From: Candidatus Latescibacterota bacterium
Lineage (GTDB): Bacteria; Latescibacterota; UBA2968
Reading direction: 5' to 3'
Assembly: GCA_965116885.1 (NCBI GenBank)
Contig: OZ220741.1
Location: 3,296,001-3,360,000 of the forward strand
Length of the DNA: 64,000 bases
Below the pieces are notes generated by a model. The model was not told the DNA's origin, ran no database searches, and saw nothing but the letters and a program-made list of their open reading frames with translations. The position numbers and the translations under genes are program-made. Numbering within the stretch: position 1 is the stretch's first letter; the number at the start of each line of letters is the position of its first letter. Positions 9,973-20,142 of this stretch are shown piece by piece.

Positions 9973-10482
9973 TTATTGGGACTGTTGTGACCGGTGTTTG
10001 ACGCGGTCAAATAACGGCATATCTGCCCGTCCTGCGCCCTCCACCTTCTTGTGACATGAAGGGCATAGGCTGATTAGATTGCTCAGTTGATTGGCCTCTT
10101 TTGGCGAGTCGAAAAGCCGGTACGGTATTTTGTGGTGTACATCCATCTGCCGTCCGAGTGTGTCTTCGGTAATCCCGCAAGAGGCGCAACAAAATCCATC
10201 GCGCGCGCGCGCCTTGTCTGCCTGAATTTTCCAATTTCCCCCGCGATACTCTGGGCGGCCTTCCAGTACGAGTTCAAAATTCTCGTCAGATTCCCAATGG
10301 GTTCTGCATTTGTTGCTGCAGAATTGGGAGCGGATGCCCTTTTCAGCATACCAGCGCGGCTGGGAAAATCGCTTGTCGCATTGCATACACCGCACGGTGA
10401 TATCGTCTTCGCGCCGAACTTTTTGTTCTTCTTCAAACGACAGACGCATCTGCGGCGATGATAAATAATTTTTTTTGTTCAT
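9973..10482 (-). CDS. HNH endonuclease with N-terminal Zn ribbon
   Basis: CMQC...FCSNKC; RARDGFCCASCG...DVHHKIP...N.LSNLISLCPSCH. Confidence 0.85.
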   Translation of the reverse strand: MNKKNYLSSPQMRLSFEEEQKVRREDDITVRCMQCDKRFSQPRWYAEKGIRSQFCSNKCRTHWESDENFELVLEGRPEYRGGNWKIQADKARARDGFCCASCGITEDTLGRQMDVHHKIPYRLFDSPKEANQLSNLISLCPSCHKKVEGAGRADMPLFDRVKHRSQQSQ

Positions 10483-10746
10483 CGTTTTAAAACCTCACAC
10501 ATCAATAGCGCACTCGATTAGTCCAAATATAGGTTGGAATAAATTACAAGTCCATAGAAAGAATAGATTGTGCCCCACGTAGAGATTGGATATTGTATCT
10601 GAATTTATTATAATAATTCGCACTTACTTCTGAACAGGAGAATCCCGTGTTTAAGAATCATAGCGATCAAGGTTGCCATGGCCAATCTCGTTGAATCGCT
10701 GCGGTATGAATAGAGGCACAGACAAAGAATTAAATGGAGGAAATCA

Positions 10747-11523
10747 ATGGAATCTCTGACCTTGCTTTCGGGCGATGCAATGCCCGTTGTCGGTCTCGGT
10801 ACCTGGCCAATGAGAGGCGATCAATGTAAAGAGGTTGTCAAACAGGCTCTCGAATTGGGCTATACGCATTTCGATACGGCCTGGATCTACCAGAATCAGC
10901 GCGAAATCGGCGAAGCCCTGCGAGAGGTCGGTGCTGACCGTTCGCAACTTTTTATAACCTCCAAAGTCGGCAGAGATTATCTGCAATATGATGTCGCGTT
11001 AAAACAAGCCGACGAGATTCTCGAATATCTCCAGATGGACTATGTGGATTTGCTGCTCGTTCACTGGCCCAACGAAGCTGTGCCTATGGAAGGCACTATT
11101 CGCGCTTTTAACGAGGTTTTCGATGCGGGAAAAGCGAGAAGTATTGGGGTGAGTAACTTTTCGGTCGAACAAATGGAACGCGCCCGTGCGCTCTCTGCAG
11201 CACCTATCAGTGTCAATCAGATCAAATACCATCCGGGCTACGAACAGCGAGATGTTCTGCAATGGTGCCTGGAAAACGATGTGGTGGTGACTGCGTATTC
11301 CCCTCTGGGGAAGAAGGGTGTTCTTCGAGATCCCGTTCTGCTGGACATCGCCCGTATCCACTATAAGACCTCTGCACATGTCGCCCTCAAGTGGCTGTTG
11401 CAAAAGGGTATGATTATTATTCCCAAAGCGAGTTCCAGAGCACATCTCCAGGCGAATCTCGATGTTTTTGACTGGTCCTTATCTGAAAACGAGATGCAGT
11501 CTATTGACCGCATAGCGGGGTAA
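10747..11523 (+). CDS. Aldo/keto reductase
   Basis: MPVVGLGTW, DTAWIY, FITSKV, DYVDLLLVHWP, IGVSNF, AYSPLG, IPKAS. Confidence 0.95.
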   Translation: MESLTLLSGDAMPVVGLGTWPMRGDQCKEVVKQALELGYTHFDTAWIYQNQREIGEALREVGADRSQLFITSKVGRDYLQYDVALKQADEILEYLQMDYVDLLLVHWPNEAVPMEGTIRAFNEVFDAGKARSIGVSNFSVEQMERARALSAAPISVNQIKYHPGYEQRDVLQWCLENDVVVTAYSPLGKKGVLRDPVLLDIARIHYKTSAHVALKWLLQKGMIIIPKASSRAHLQANLDVFDWSLSENEMQSIDRIAG

Positions 11524-11528
11524 CCGAA

Positions 11529-13163
11529 ATGGATAAGAAAAACAGGCCTAATGTCGTTCTTGTCATTACGGACGATCAGGGGTACGGAACTGTGGGGGTA
11601 CATGGGAATGACCAGGTCAGGACGCCCAATATGGATCGTTTGGCCAATGGAGGGGTGGCGTTTGACCGTTTCTACGGGCATCCGCTGTGTTCGCCTTCTC
11701 GAGCCGCATTGATGACCGGGCGGTATTTCTATCGAACCGGGATTCTACACACGTCTCGTGGGGGTGCATTGATGTCGGGCGATGAGGTCACTGCCGCCGA
11801 GTTGTTTCGAGATGCCGGGTACCGCACCGGGATTTTTGGGAAGTGGCATCTCGGTGACAATTACCCCATGAGGCCCATGGACCAGGGATTTGAGAAAGCC
11901 GTGTGGCACAAAGGCGGAGGGATCGGGCAGACCCCCGTAAGGCCAAACAGCTACTTTGACTCACTTCTGTGGCGAGAGGGGGAAGAGTTCCAGGCGAAAG
12001 GGTACTGTACGGATGTCTTCTTTGACGCGGCCCTCGCGTTCATCGAGGAGCATCAAAGCGCGCCCTTTTTCATCTACATTCCGACGAACGCGCCGCACGA
12101 TCCTCTCGAGATCAGTGACGAATATGCGGATCCCTATCGCGAGATGGGTCTGGATGACAGCGTCGCACGAATCTATGGAATGGTCGAGAATATCGACGAC
12201 AATATTGGGCGGCTCATGGAACTGCTGGAACGTCTCGGGCTGGATGAGGATACAATCATCATCTTTACGTCCGACCACGGTCCCGCGGGCGGGAGGTACA
12301 ATGCCGGACTCAGATCGACAAAAGGAGACGTGTACGAAGGCGGAATTCGCGTTCCGTATTTCATGAGGTGGCCGAAAGGGTTGCCGGCTGGTTTAAAAAC
12401 CGACAAGATTGCCTCACACATCGATGTTCTGCCCACTTTGTTGTCGCTTTGTAACGTGGATTCTCCCTCTGATCTCGGGATGGATGGCGTGGATCTGACG
12501 CCTCTGATTCGAGGTCAGGAAGTGGCATGGCTTGATCGCACCCTTTTCATTCAGACACACCGGGGGAGCCGTCCGAGACAGTACCACAACTGTACGGCGA
12601 TAACCCAGCGCTACAAGTGGTTGGGTTATCCCGGTACTGGTGGACAGTGGGATTTTGAGGCTTCTTCGACAGACCCTGTGATGGAGCTGTACGATCTCGA
12701 AGACGACCCTGGCGAAGAGAAAGAGATAGGTGGCCTGATGCCCGATCTTGTAGCGCGGATGAAGAAAGACTACGACGCCTGGTTCGACGATGTGGCTTCG
12801 GATTGGCAGGCGGGGGTTATTCACATTGGGAATTCGGCTGAGAATCCTCTCACGCTGTGTCGCTATCAGGATTCAGAATACATATCCGAACTCCCACACG
12901 GCTGGCGTGTGAAGATCGAACAGGGCGGAACCTATGAGCTTCGAATCAACCGCGAGTCGCTAAATGGCGCAGGTGCCCTTGGGGTTCAGTGGCAGGGGAA
13001 TACTCAGAGAAGCCCACTGGCTGCGGGAGAGAATACAGGACGGTTCGAGCTTGAAGCGGGGGACGGCAAGCTGGAGATTTGGTTCGAGCTTGAAGACATA
13101 GGTCGCGTGGCGTTTTCAAGCAATTTGACGATTGGGGATGTGGAGGTGGCTTACCTGGGGTAG
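11529..13163 (+). CDS. Arylsulfatase (formylglycine-dependent)
   Basis: RPNVVLVITDDQG, CSPSRAALMTG, GKWHLG, SDHG, YEGGIRVP. Confidence 0.95.
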   Translation: MDKKNRPNVVLVITDDQGYGTVGVHGNDQVRTPNMDRLANGGVAFDRFYGHPLCSPSRAALMTGRYFYRTGILHTSRGGALMSGDEVTAAELFRDAGYRTGIFGKWHLGDNYPMRPMDQGFEKAVWHKGGGIGQTPVRPNSYFDSLLWREGEEFQAKGYCTDVFFDAALAFIEEHQSAPFFIYIPTNAPHDPLEISDEYADPYREMGLDDSVARIYGMVENIDDNIGRLMELLERLGLDEDTIIIFTSDHGPAGGRYNAGLRSTKGDVYEGGIRVPYFMRWPKGLPAGLKTDKIASHIDVLPTLLSLCNVDSPSDLGMDGVDLTPLIRGQEVAWLDRTLFIQTHRGSRPRQYHNCTAITQRYKWLGYPGTGGQWDFEASSTDPVMELYDLEDDPGEEKEIGGLMPDLVARMKKDYDAWFDDVASDWQAGVIHIGNSAENPLTLCRYQDSEYISELPHGWRVKIEQGGTYELRINRESLNGAGALGVQWQGNTQRSPLAAGENTGRFELEAGDGKLEIWFELEDIGRVAFSSNLTIGDVEVAYLG

Positions 13164-13192
13164 GGACAAAATAGTGTGGAAGGATATAATTC

Positions 13193-13909
13193 ATGGATGA
13201 ATTTGTCAAAGATATAGCTGGACAGACGGTGATTATCACGGGGTCGAATCGCGGCATTGGACTTGGCTGGGTAAAGCATTATCTGAATGCAGGTGATTCA
13301 GTCATTGCCACTTGTCGGACGCCAGAAGAAGCGACGGACCTGATTGCCCTGAAGGAAGAATATGGCAACAAGCTTTTGATCGTGCAGTTGGAGTTGGCAA
13401 ACGAAGAGGATTTCAAACGGTTGGGTGATGCACTGGCTGAGCACAATGTGTGTATTGATATTGCGATCAATAATGCTGGCTCAGGTAGTGGAAAACCATT
13501 TGGCGAGTGGGACTCGGAGAGTTTTGCGATTACTTTTCAGGTGCATACCATTGGTTCTGCTTTGTTTGTGCAAATGGTTACGCCACTGCTGAACGACGGG
13601 GCAAAGATGGTGCTGACCACATCTGGTGTGGGCAGTATTACGCGCGCCAATCGCCAAAACGAAATGGATGCTTACGCCATTGCCAAAGCAGGTGTTAATA
13701 TGCTTGCCAAACGAATGTCGGTTCGGCTGGCTGACCGCAATATTATAGTGGCTGCCTTAACTCCCGGATCTGTGCTTACCGGTATGAACCCAAATGGCAC
13801 GATTTCCGTGGAGGAGTCCGTTGAGCTGATGTCCAGCACGCTGGACAAGCTGACCGTGGAGGACAGTGGAAGCTTCTTTCAGAATGATGGCACGGTGGTG
13901 CCCTGGTAG
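13193..13909 (+). CDS. SDR family oxidoreductase (CsgA-like)
   Basis: TGSNRGIG, NNAG, YAIAK. Confidence 0.9.
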   Translation: MDEFVKDIAGQTVIITGSNRGIGLGWVKHYLNAGDSVIATCRTPEEATDLIALKEEYGNKLLIVQLELANEEDFKRLGDALAEHNVCIDIAINNAGSGSGKPFGEWDSESFAITFQVHTIGSALFVQMVTPLLNDGAKMVLTTSGVGSITRANRQNEMDAYAIAKAGVNMLAKRMSVRLADRNIIVAALTPGSVLTGMNPNGTISVEESVELMSSTLDKLTVEDSGSFFQNDGTVVPW

Positions 13910-13935
13910 CTGTGTTGAAGGGAATCTGCATCGAA

Positions 13936-15048
13936 TCACGGTGAAATTCGCAACTTGCCAAAATGAATATGAGTACGCGCCGTATCTGGTGTGCCGCTGT
14001 CCCACACGCAGCGGAAGTCACCCGGTGCAGTTTCAATAAGTGTGGGATAAGAGTTCTTAATCCCGGCATCGTAGAAGGTTTTCTCTTCGCTCCAGGTGTC
14101 TCCGGGATTTTTTGTTTTGTACCGCAGAGAGGTCCGACCTCCGTTGGGAAATCCCGGTGCTTTTACTCTTTGGGGAGGCCCATCGCTGTACACATAGATG
14201 TGCGTGCCATTGGAGGACCGTCCAAAGAAAGCCTTTGACTTGGCGTTGTGCAGGTCGGGTTCGGGTTTGGCGATACTCCAGGTACGGCCACCGTCGCGGC
14301 TCACGCTCGAATAGGCTCTGGGAGGATCCGTCGTGCGATCGGTTTCGTCATAATCGGCAGTTCGCATGACAATCCATAGTTCCTCTGATGTTTCTCCCTG
14401 TGCGATATTTCCCTCATGCAGGAAAACACGCGCATTGGTGGGTTGGGGAATATATGCTTCGAGCTTCCACTCCAGCAGGCTGGTACTGCTGAGAACGAAG
14501 TGGTCACGAGAACCGCGTGGGTCTTCTTGCAGCGTGTTGCGGTGGGCTGGCAGCAGAAATTTGTGTCCCGAGTTGGTCTCCGTGGTCACGATGATTGAGC
14601 ATGTAATTAGCGGTCCCGCATAGTGCATCGCCATTTCCACCTGTGTCCAGGAATAACCGCCATCTGCGGTGAATGCGCCGACCAGTTGAGATTCTTCGCT
14701 GTTCTTCTGAGCTATCGGGCAGCGCATTGCAAAGCACCAGATGACGTCCTGTCCGGGGGCGCGGTAAAGGACTGGATTCGCGTAGGCAAATTGCACCATA
14801 CCCTGATGCTGGCGATGATCGAAGATCATCACGGGTTCCTCCCAGGTATCCCCATCGTCGGTTGAAAGCGTCGCGAGAATGTCTCCCATGTCTTTCTTGC
14901 CGTTGACCATCGCCCCGAAGGCCACAATGAGATGTCTCTTCTTCTGCCCTGGAATAATGACCGGTTGCCACACGCGCCAGGCCTGCGGATGCTGCTCAAC
15001 TCTGCGAACTACGCGAAGGTCCGTAATATCTCCTCGATAATTCAGCAT
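13936..15048 (-). CDS. Sialidase/BNR (Asp-box) repeat protein
   Basis: Asp boxes STDDGDTW, TADGGYSW, SRDGGRTW; C-terminal SYPT. Confidence 0.8.
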   Translation of the reverse strand: MLNYRGDITDLRVVRRVEQHPQAWRVWQPVIIPGQKKRHLIVAFGAMVNGKKDMGDILATLSTDDGDTWEEPVMIFDHRQHQGMVQFAYANPVLYRAPGQDVIWCFAMRCPIAQKNSEESQLVGAFTADGGYSWTQVEMAMHYAGPLITCSIIVTTETNSGHKFLLPAHRNTLQEDPRGSRDHFVLSSTSLLEWKLEAYIPQPTNARVFLHEGNIAQGETSEELWIVMRTADYDETDRTTDPPRAYSSVSRDGGRTWSIAKPEPDLHNAKSKAFFGRSSNGTHIYVYSDGPPQRVKAPGFPNGGRTSLRYKTKNPGDTWSEEKTFYDAGIKNSYPTLIETAPGDFRCVWDSGTPDTARTHIHFGKLRISP

Positions 15049-15101
15049 TATCTATCTCCTCGATTTGCGTTCAAAATTTGCGCGAGAGAAGGCATCCCTC
15101 C

Positions 15102-15151
15102 TTGACATAGTAAGATAAATAGTATAGATTTCTGACATTAGTGTCAAGAAA
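15102..15151 (+). promoter_or_regulatory. Sigma70-like promoter and inverted repeat upstream of AbiEi-like gene
   Basis: TTGACA 15102-15107, 17 bp, TAGATT; inverted repeat TTTCTGACA-TTAG-TGTCAAGAAA at 15129-15151. Confidence 0.55.
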
Positions 15152-15177
15152 CGTTTGAACGCGAGGAATGTAGCCCA

Positions 15178-15822
15178 ATGACTGGAATCGCCGACAGGAT
15201 CATGCAGAGGGTGTCCGTCCACGATAGCGGAAGATGGGTGTGTACGCCGAAGGACTTCTTGGACCTCGGCAGCCGCGAGGCCGTTGACCAGGCCCTGTCG
15301 CGTCTCGTCAAGGCGGGACGGCTGCGCCGGGTGGGCCGCGGCTTGTACGACATGCCGAGGATCAGCGATGTGCTGAATCGACCCGCGCCCGTTGATCTGG
15401 GGGCGGCTATCGCAGCGCTGGCACGGCGGGATGGCGTACGGATCATGCCGGATGGATTGGTGGCCGCGAATCAGTTGGGTCTCACCAACGCCGTGCCCGC
15501 GAAGGCCAGCTATGTGACGGATGGACATTCCAGGACCCTCAAGATCGACGGAAGAACCGTCCGGTTCCGGCATGCAGCTCCAAGCGTCATGCGGTGGGCG
15601 GGAAGACCTGCCGCGCCAGTGATTCAGGCGTTGCGGTGGCTGGGCCCCCGCGTAGCTGCGGACGTAGAGATCGTCTCGACGCTGAGTCGCCACCTTCCCG
15701 ACGATGTGAAGCTCGATCTGTTGCACAACAGCCGCGATCTTCCCGGCTGGGCATTGCCGCTGGCGCGCAGCATCGCGAGCGACCTGATCGACGAAAGCGG
15801 ATTTATAAGGAGGACAATATGA
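15178..15822 (+). CDS. AbiEi-like type IV TA antitoxin / DUF6088 wHTH protein
   Basis: TPKDFLDLGSREAVDQALSRLVKAGRLRRVGRGLYD...AANQLGLTNAVPAK..YVTDG.SR. Confidence 0.85.
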   Translation: MTGIADRIMQRVSVHDSGRWVCTPKDFLDLGSREAVDQALSRLVKAGRLRRVGRGLYDMPRISDVLNRPAPVDLGAAIAALARRDGVRIMPDGLVAANQLGLTNAVPAKASYVTDGHSRTLKIDGRTVRFRHAAPSVMRWAGRPAAPVIQALRWLGPRVAADVEIVSTLSRHLPDDVKLDLLHNSRDLPGWALPLARSIASDLIDESGFIRRTI

Positions 15823-16838
15823 CACCCATCAGACTTGGTGTTGTTGGTCTTGGTCTTGGTCAATGGATAGTAGAAACTGCGAAGAGAATCGAGGGTGCCC
15901 ACGTTGTGGCAGTTGCTGAGAATATGCCCGCTCGATTGGATGGTATGGGGGGGTATAGAGCCTATGAGAAGGAAAATGCTCTCAGGCTTTACGAAGATGC
16001 AGACCAGATGATGGATAGCGAATCGTTGGATGCGATTGCACTTGCGGTGACGCCCAAACATCGCAGGGCGCTGATCGAATCGGCTGGCACCAGGGGCATC
16101 CCAATGCTGATCGAGAAGCCCTGGGCAGGGACTGTGAAAAGTGGAAAAGATCTGGTTGACTTGTGCAACAGTTTTGATTTGCCCTGTCAGGTCGAATTTC
16201 CGATCCGTTGTATGCCTGCAATGGTGCGGTTGCGAGAACTCCTGAAAGGCGGTCTCGGAAAAGGGTGGATGGCGAATGGCAATCTGATGATGGGTTGGTG
16301 TCCTCCGCCAGAATCAACAAAACACTGGGATCCGGAAAACCACAATGGGCTTATCAACGAGTGCTATGTACATCTTTTCGACACGCTGGCATTTTTACTG
16401 GGCAAGCCCAAATCCGTATTCTCATTTGGGGGATCTTTCAGAGGTAGCCCAATGCCGGATGCGGCCGCAGCAGTCATTGAGTTTGAATCTGGGGCCTCTG
16501 CTTCGCTGACTTGTGGTGGCATTGGTGCTGCTTGTGCTGATGGTGGACATCTTCTGGATATTTGGACAGAGAACGGACTGGCACGCATAACTGGCACGCA
16601 ATGGCTACCCGATACGCTGGAATGGGCCCTGAGGGAGGCCAAAGAATCTACAGTCGAGACGTTTCATGCGCCTGAGCGAACGACCCTGATGGAGTACAAT
16701 ATGCGTGCATTTTTCAACGCGGTCCGAAGCGGTGCCCCCGTAGCTGCAACACCGGAAGATGGACTGATTGCAACAGCCATCGCGATGGCCATTGAGGAAT
16801 CTATTGTTACGGGGAATCGCGTTGCGGTGGACTATTAG
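15819..16838 (+). CDS. Gfo/Idh/MocA family oxidoreductase
   Basis: IRLGVVGLGLG, IEKP; ATG 15819 after AAGGAGG, ATGA overlap with the upstream stop. Confidence 0.88.
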   Translation: MTPIRLGVVGLGLGQWIVETAKRIEGAHVVAVAENMPARLDGMGGYRAYEKENALRLYEDADQMMDSESLDAIALAVTPKHRRALIESAGTRGIPMLIEKPWAGTVKSGKDLVDLCNSFDLPCQVEFPIRCMPAMVRLRELLKGGLGKGWMANGNLMMGWCPPPESTKHWDPENHNGLINECYVHLFDTLAFLLGKPKSVFSFGGSFRGSPMPDAAAAVIEFESGASASLTCGGIGAACADGGHLLDIWTENGLARITGTQWLPDTLEWALREAKESTVETFHAPERTTLMEYNMRAFFNAVRSGAPVAATPEDGLIATAIAMAIEESIVTGNRVAVDY

Positions 16839-16873
16839 GCAACTTGATCCTGTTCCGATCCCCAGTTTTACAG

Positions 16874-18008
16874 TGTTGGCAAAGCGGTCATCCGCAAGTA
16901 CGACAAAAGCACTTGACAACGACTGCCGAAAACGCCTTCTTACCAGCCATCTATGCGCAAGAAATGTCCCTTGTAGTTCCTACCTGTAGAGGAGATTAGA
17001 AGATGGACAACGCGATGCGTGAAACGTTCGCACGACAAGGCTATGTCGTCGTGCCCGATGTGCTCAATCAACAGCAGCTGGACGAGCTCAATCAAGTCTA
17101 TGATCAGCATATCCACGAGCGGGAGGAGACGCAGTCCACGGACGGCACCGACGCACAGAAGCGCAAAAGTATCCGGGGGCGCGGCACACGCCAGACAACG
17201 GATCGGCACGGCAACACCTACGTAGGGAGAAGGCTCTGGAGCAAGGCCTACCGGGATCTGATTGACAACGAGACCATGCTGCCCATCCTTGAAGAGCTTC
17301 TCGGCGACCCAGCGTGGGGCCATGCCCCAGCACATATGCCGGAAGATCTTCGCCCCTTGTTTCGGCTGGATCACGACAATATACATTACAAGCCCGGCCG
17401 GAAACCGACAGACGGCGCGGACATAGGCGGGACGCTCCACGGCGGCCCGGGTGCCTTTCATATCACGTGTGTGTATGAGCTCAAGACAGTCGGACCAGGT
17501 GACGGGGGCTTTGGGTGTGTTGTTGGCACACACAAGCCGGCCAATGAACAGAAGCTGATGGATATTGATGGCGACTGGCGGCGGAACTGGTGTGATACGG
17601 AGTGGACGTCGCAGCTGCCGAACTGGGATGACGATGTGCCGGTGCACCGCGTCGAGGCGAAGGCTGGGGACTGCATTTTGTTCACTGAGAAGCTCAAGCA
17701 CGGTACGATTCCGTGGGCAGGGAGTGGGGAGCGCCGCACCCTCTTCTACAAGTATGTTCCTTTCGGCATGCACCACGGCGATGTCGCGTACGACACCAAC
17801 GACCTCGAACTCACTGAGCGGCAGAAGCGAATCCTGGAGTTCTCGCCGTGCTGGTTTAACGATCCCCGTGAGGACAAAGACTACTCTGCGAACCCTGCGC
17901 TTACAAAGCTCCATCCGCTGGCGCGTGTGGAGAGCGACCCGAGTGAGTTGCTGCCGGGCATGTCGCCGCCGCACATCCGGCTGACGGACGAGACCAGGGC
18001 AATGCTGA
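16874..18008 (+). repeat. Direct repeat copy 1 (about 1.13 kb: upstream region plus PhyH gene)
   Basis: Near-identical to 19008-20142 at offset 2134. Confidence 0.95.
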
Positions 18009-18019
18009 GTGCCAACTGA
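17003..18019 (+). CDS. PhyH-family Fe/2OG oxygenase, LHGG variant (copy 1)
   Basis: FARQGYVVV, RLDH, LHGG, GGFGCVVGTHK, AGDCILFTEKLKHGT, RRTLFYKY. Confidence 0.9.
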   Translation: MDNAMRETFARQGYVVVPDVLNQQQLDELNQVYDQHIHEREETQSTDGTDAQKRKSIRGRGTRQTTDRHGNTYVGRRLWSKAYRDLIDNETMLPILEELLGDPAWGHAPAHMPEDLRPLFRLDHDNIHYKPGRKPTDGADIGGTLHGGPGAFHITCVYELKTVGPGDGGFGCVVGTHKPANEQKLMDIDGDWRRNWCDTEWTSQLPNWDDDVPVHRVEAKAGDCILFTEKLKHGTIPWAGSGERRTLFYKYVPFGMHHGDVAYDTNDLELTERQKRILEFSPCWFNDPREDKDYSANPALTKLHPLARVESDPSELLPGMSPPHIRLTDETRAMLSAN

Positions 18020-18043
18020 AGATTCGAAACATAAATTTGTTTC

Positions 18044-18082
18044 AAAACCGTGGGTATTCAATTTGAATGCCTGCGGTTTTTT
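18044..18082 (+). terminator. Hairpin with U-tract after PhyH copy 1
   Basis: AAAACCGTGGGTATTCAA / TTGAATGCCTGCGGTTTTTT (with G-U pairs). Confidence 0.55.
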
Positions 18083-18102
18083 GGTTTAAAGGAGTCTGTA
18101 AA

Positions 18103-18993
18103 ATGAATAAGATGCACGAGTCAAATCATACGAAATGGAATGCAGCTGCACCACGGTGGAAGGCACGCAGAGACTCAAAAGGCCCTTGGCATCGCGGTCA
18201 TCTGGTACCAGATCGGGTTGAAAAAGCACTCGAATATTGGAGGGAGAATGCATTGACTGAGCAGGGAGTTGAGCATATCGCTCAACATCTTGGATCCCTG
18301 GAGGGAAAAAACGCGGTTGTCTTGGGCAGTGGAGACAATTTCGCCGCCTTCGCCCTGGCATCAATGGGGGCAACAGTCACGTCAGTCGATATTTCCGAGC
18401 GACAATTGGAAATCGCCGCCGAAAGGGCAAAGGACCTTGGCCTTGAAATCACCTTCCACCAGGGCGACATTTCGGACCTCCCGACGTTGCCCGACGGAGG
18501 ATATCACTTCGCGTGTAGCGTAGGCGTTGTGGCCATCTGGATTTCAGATCTCTGGAAATACTACGCAGAGGCAAGTCGGTTGCTGACCCCAGGTGGCCTG
18601 TTTGTGGTAGGCGAGGTTCATCCAGTGCGGCAAATGTGGAGCAACTGTGAATACTTTACAGGTGAAGATGCGATGGTTGGCAAAGAGGGGGGTAACACTC
18701 CCGAAGCAGACTTCTTTTACTTTGATCGTGGGCCTCACCAATATTTGTATAACCCGGAGACAGGAGCGGCGACAGAATTTGTGGATCCTGAAGACGAAGA
18801 GACCAGGGATGCCGAGAATGTTCAGTACATTTTTCAGTGGACTGTTTCTGACTACCTGATGGCGATGATTGATGCTGGATTTGAGATCCTTCACGTTTGG
18901 GAAGAGCCGACCCAAAATCATGATCAATGGCGTCAGAATTGTTTTCACGCTCTGCCCAGCGGATTCTATATGGTCTGTAAGAAGAAGCAATAG
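18103..18993 (+). CDS. Class I SAM-dependent methyltransferase
   Basis: VVLGSGD, GATVTSVDISERQLEIA, QGDI, LLTPGGLFVVGEVHP; ATG 18103 after AAGGAG. Confidence 0.9.
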   Translation: MNKMHESNHTKWNAAAPRWKARRDSKGPWHRGHLVPDRVEKALEYWRENALTEQGVEHIAQHLGSLEGKNAVVLGSGDNFAAFALASMGATVTSVDISERQLEIAAERAKDLGLEITFHQGDISDLPTLPDGGYHFACSVGVVAIWISDLWKYYAEASRLLTPGGLFVVGEVHPVRQMWSNCEYFTGEDAMVGKEGGNTPEADFFYFDRGPHQYLYNPETGAATEFVDPEDEETRDAENVQYIFQWTVSDYLMAMIDAGFEILHVWEEPTQNHDQWRQNCFHALPSGFYMVCKKKQ

Positions 18994-19007
18994 CTTTATC
19001 CTCTCGT

Positions 19008-20142
19008 TGTTGCCAAAGCGGCCATCCGCAAGTACGACAAAAGCACTTGACAACGACTGCCGAAAACGCCTTTTTACCAGCCATTCATGCGCAAGAAATG
19101 GCCCTTTTAGTTTCTACACATAGAGGAGATTAGAAGATGGACGACGCGATGCGTGAAACGTTCGCACGACAAGGCTATGTCGTCGTGCCCGATGTGCTCA
19201 ATCAACAGCAGTTGGACGAGCTCAATCAAGTCTATGATCAGTATATCTTTGAGCGGGAGGAGACGCTGTCCAATGCCCGCACCGACAAACAGAACCGCTT
19301 CTACATCGGCGGGCGCGACACCCACGAGACAACGGATCGGCACGGCAACACCTACGTGGGGAGAAGGCTCTGGAGCAAGGCTTACAGGGATCTGATTGAC
19401 AACGAGACCATGCTGCCCATCCTTGAAGAGATTCTCGGCGACCCAGCGTGGGGCCATGCCCCAGCACATATGCCAGAAGATCTTCGCCCCTTGTTTCGGC
19501 TGGATCACGACAATATACATTACAAGCCCGGCCGGAAACCGGCAGATGGCGCGGACATAGGCGGGACACTCCACGGCGGCCCGGGTGCCTTTCATATCAC
19601 GTGTGTGTATGAGCTCAAGACAGTCGGACCAGGTGATGGGGGCTTCGGGTGTGTTATTGGCACACACAAGCCGGCTAATGAGCAGAAGCTGATGGACATC
19701 GATGGCGACTGGCGGCGGAACTGGTGTGATACGGAGTGGACGTCGCAGCTGCCGAACTGGGATGACGATGTGCCGGTGCACCGTGTCGAGGCCAGGGCTG
19801 GGGATTGCATTTTGTTCACTGAGAAGCTCAAACACGGTACGATTCCGTGGGCAGGGAGCGGGGAGCGCCGCACCCTCTTCTACAAGTATGTTCCTTTCGG
19901 CATGCACCACGGCGACGCTGGGTACGACACCAACGATCCCGAACTCACTGAACGGCAGAAACGGATTCTGGAGTTCTCGCCGTGCTGGTTTAACGATCCC
20001 CGTGAGGACAAAGACTACTCCGCGAACCCGGCACTCACAAAGCTCCATCCGTTGGCGTGTGTGGAGAGCGACTCGAGCGTGTTGCTGCCGGGTATGTCGC
20101 CGCCGCACATCCGGTTGACGGACGAGACCAGAGCAATGCTGA
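19008..20142 (+). repeat. Direct repeat copy 2
   Basis: Near-identical to 16874-18008. Confidence 0.95.

Noticed and set aside
15594..15818. N-terminal extension of the Gfo/Idh/MocA ORF given by the ORF track
   Set aside because: It overlaps the AbiEi gene; the strong RBS and Rossmann motif support the start at 15819
17108..19328. Diversity-generating retroelement TR/VR pair
   Set aside because: Differences are not restricted to adenines, both copies are full genes, and no reverse transcriptase is present
16940..20108. Long antisense ORFs (373 aa and 333 aa) opposite the PhyH duplicates
   Set aside because: Shadow frames of GC-rich genes with no motifs; their similarity comes from the duplication
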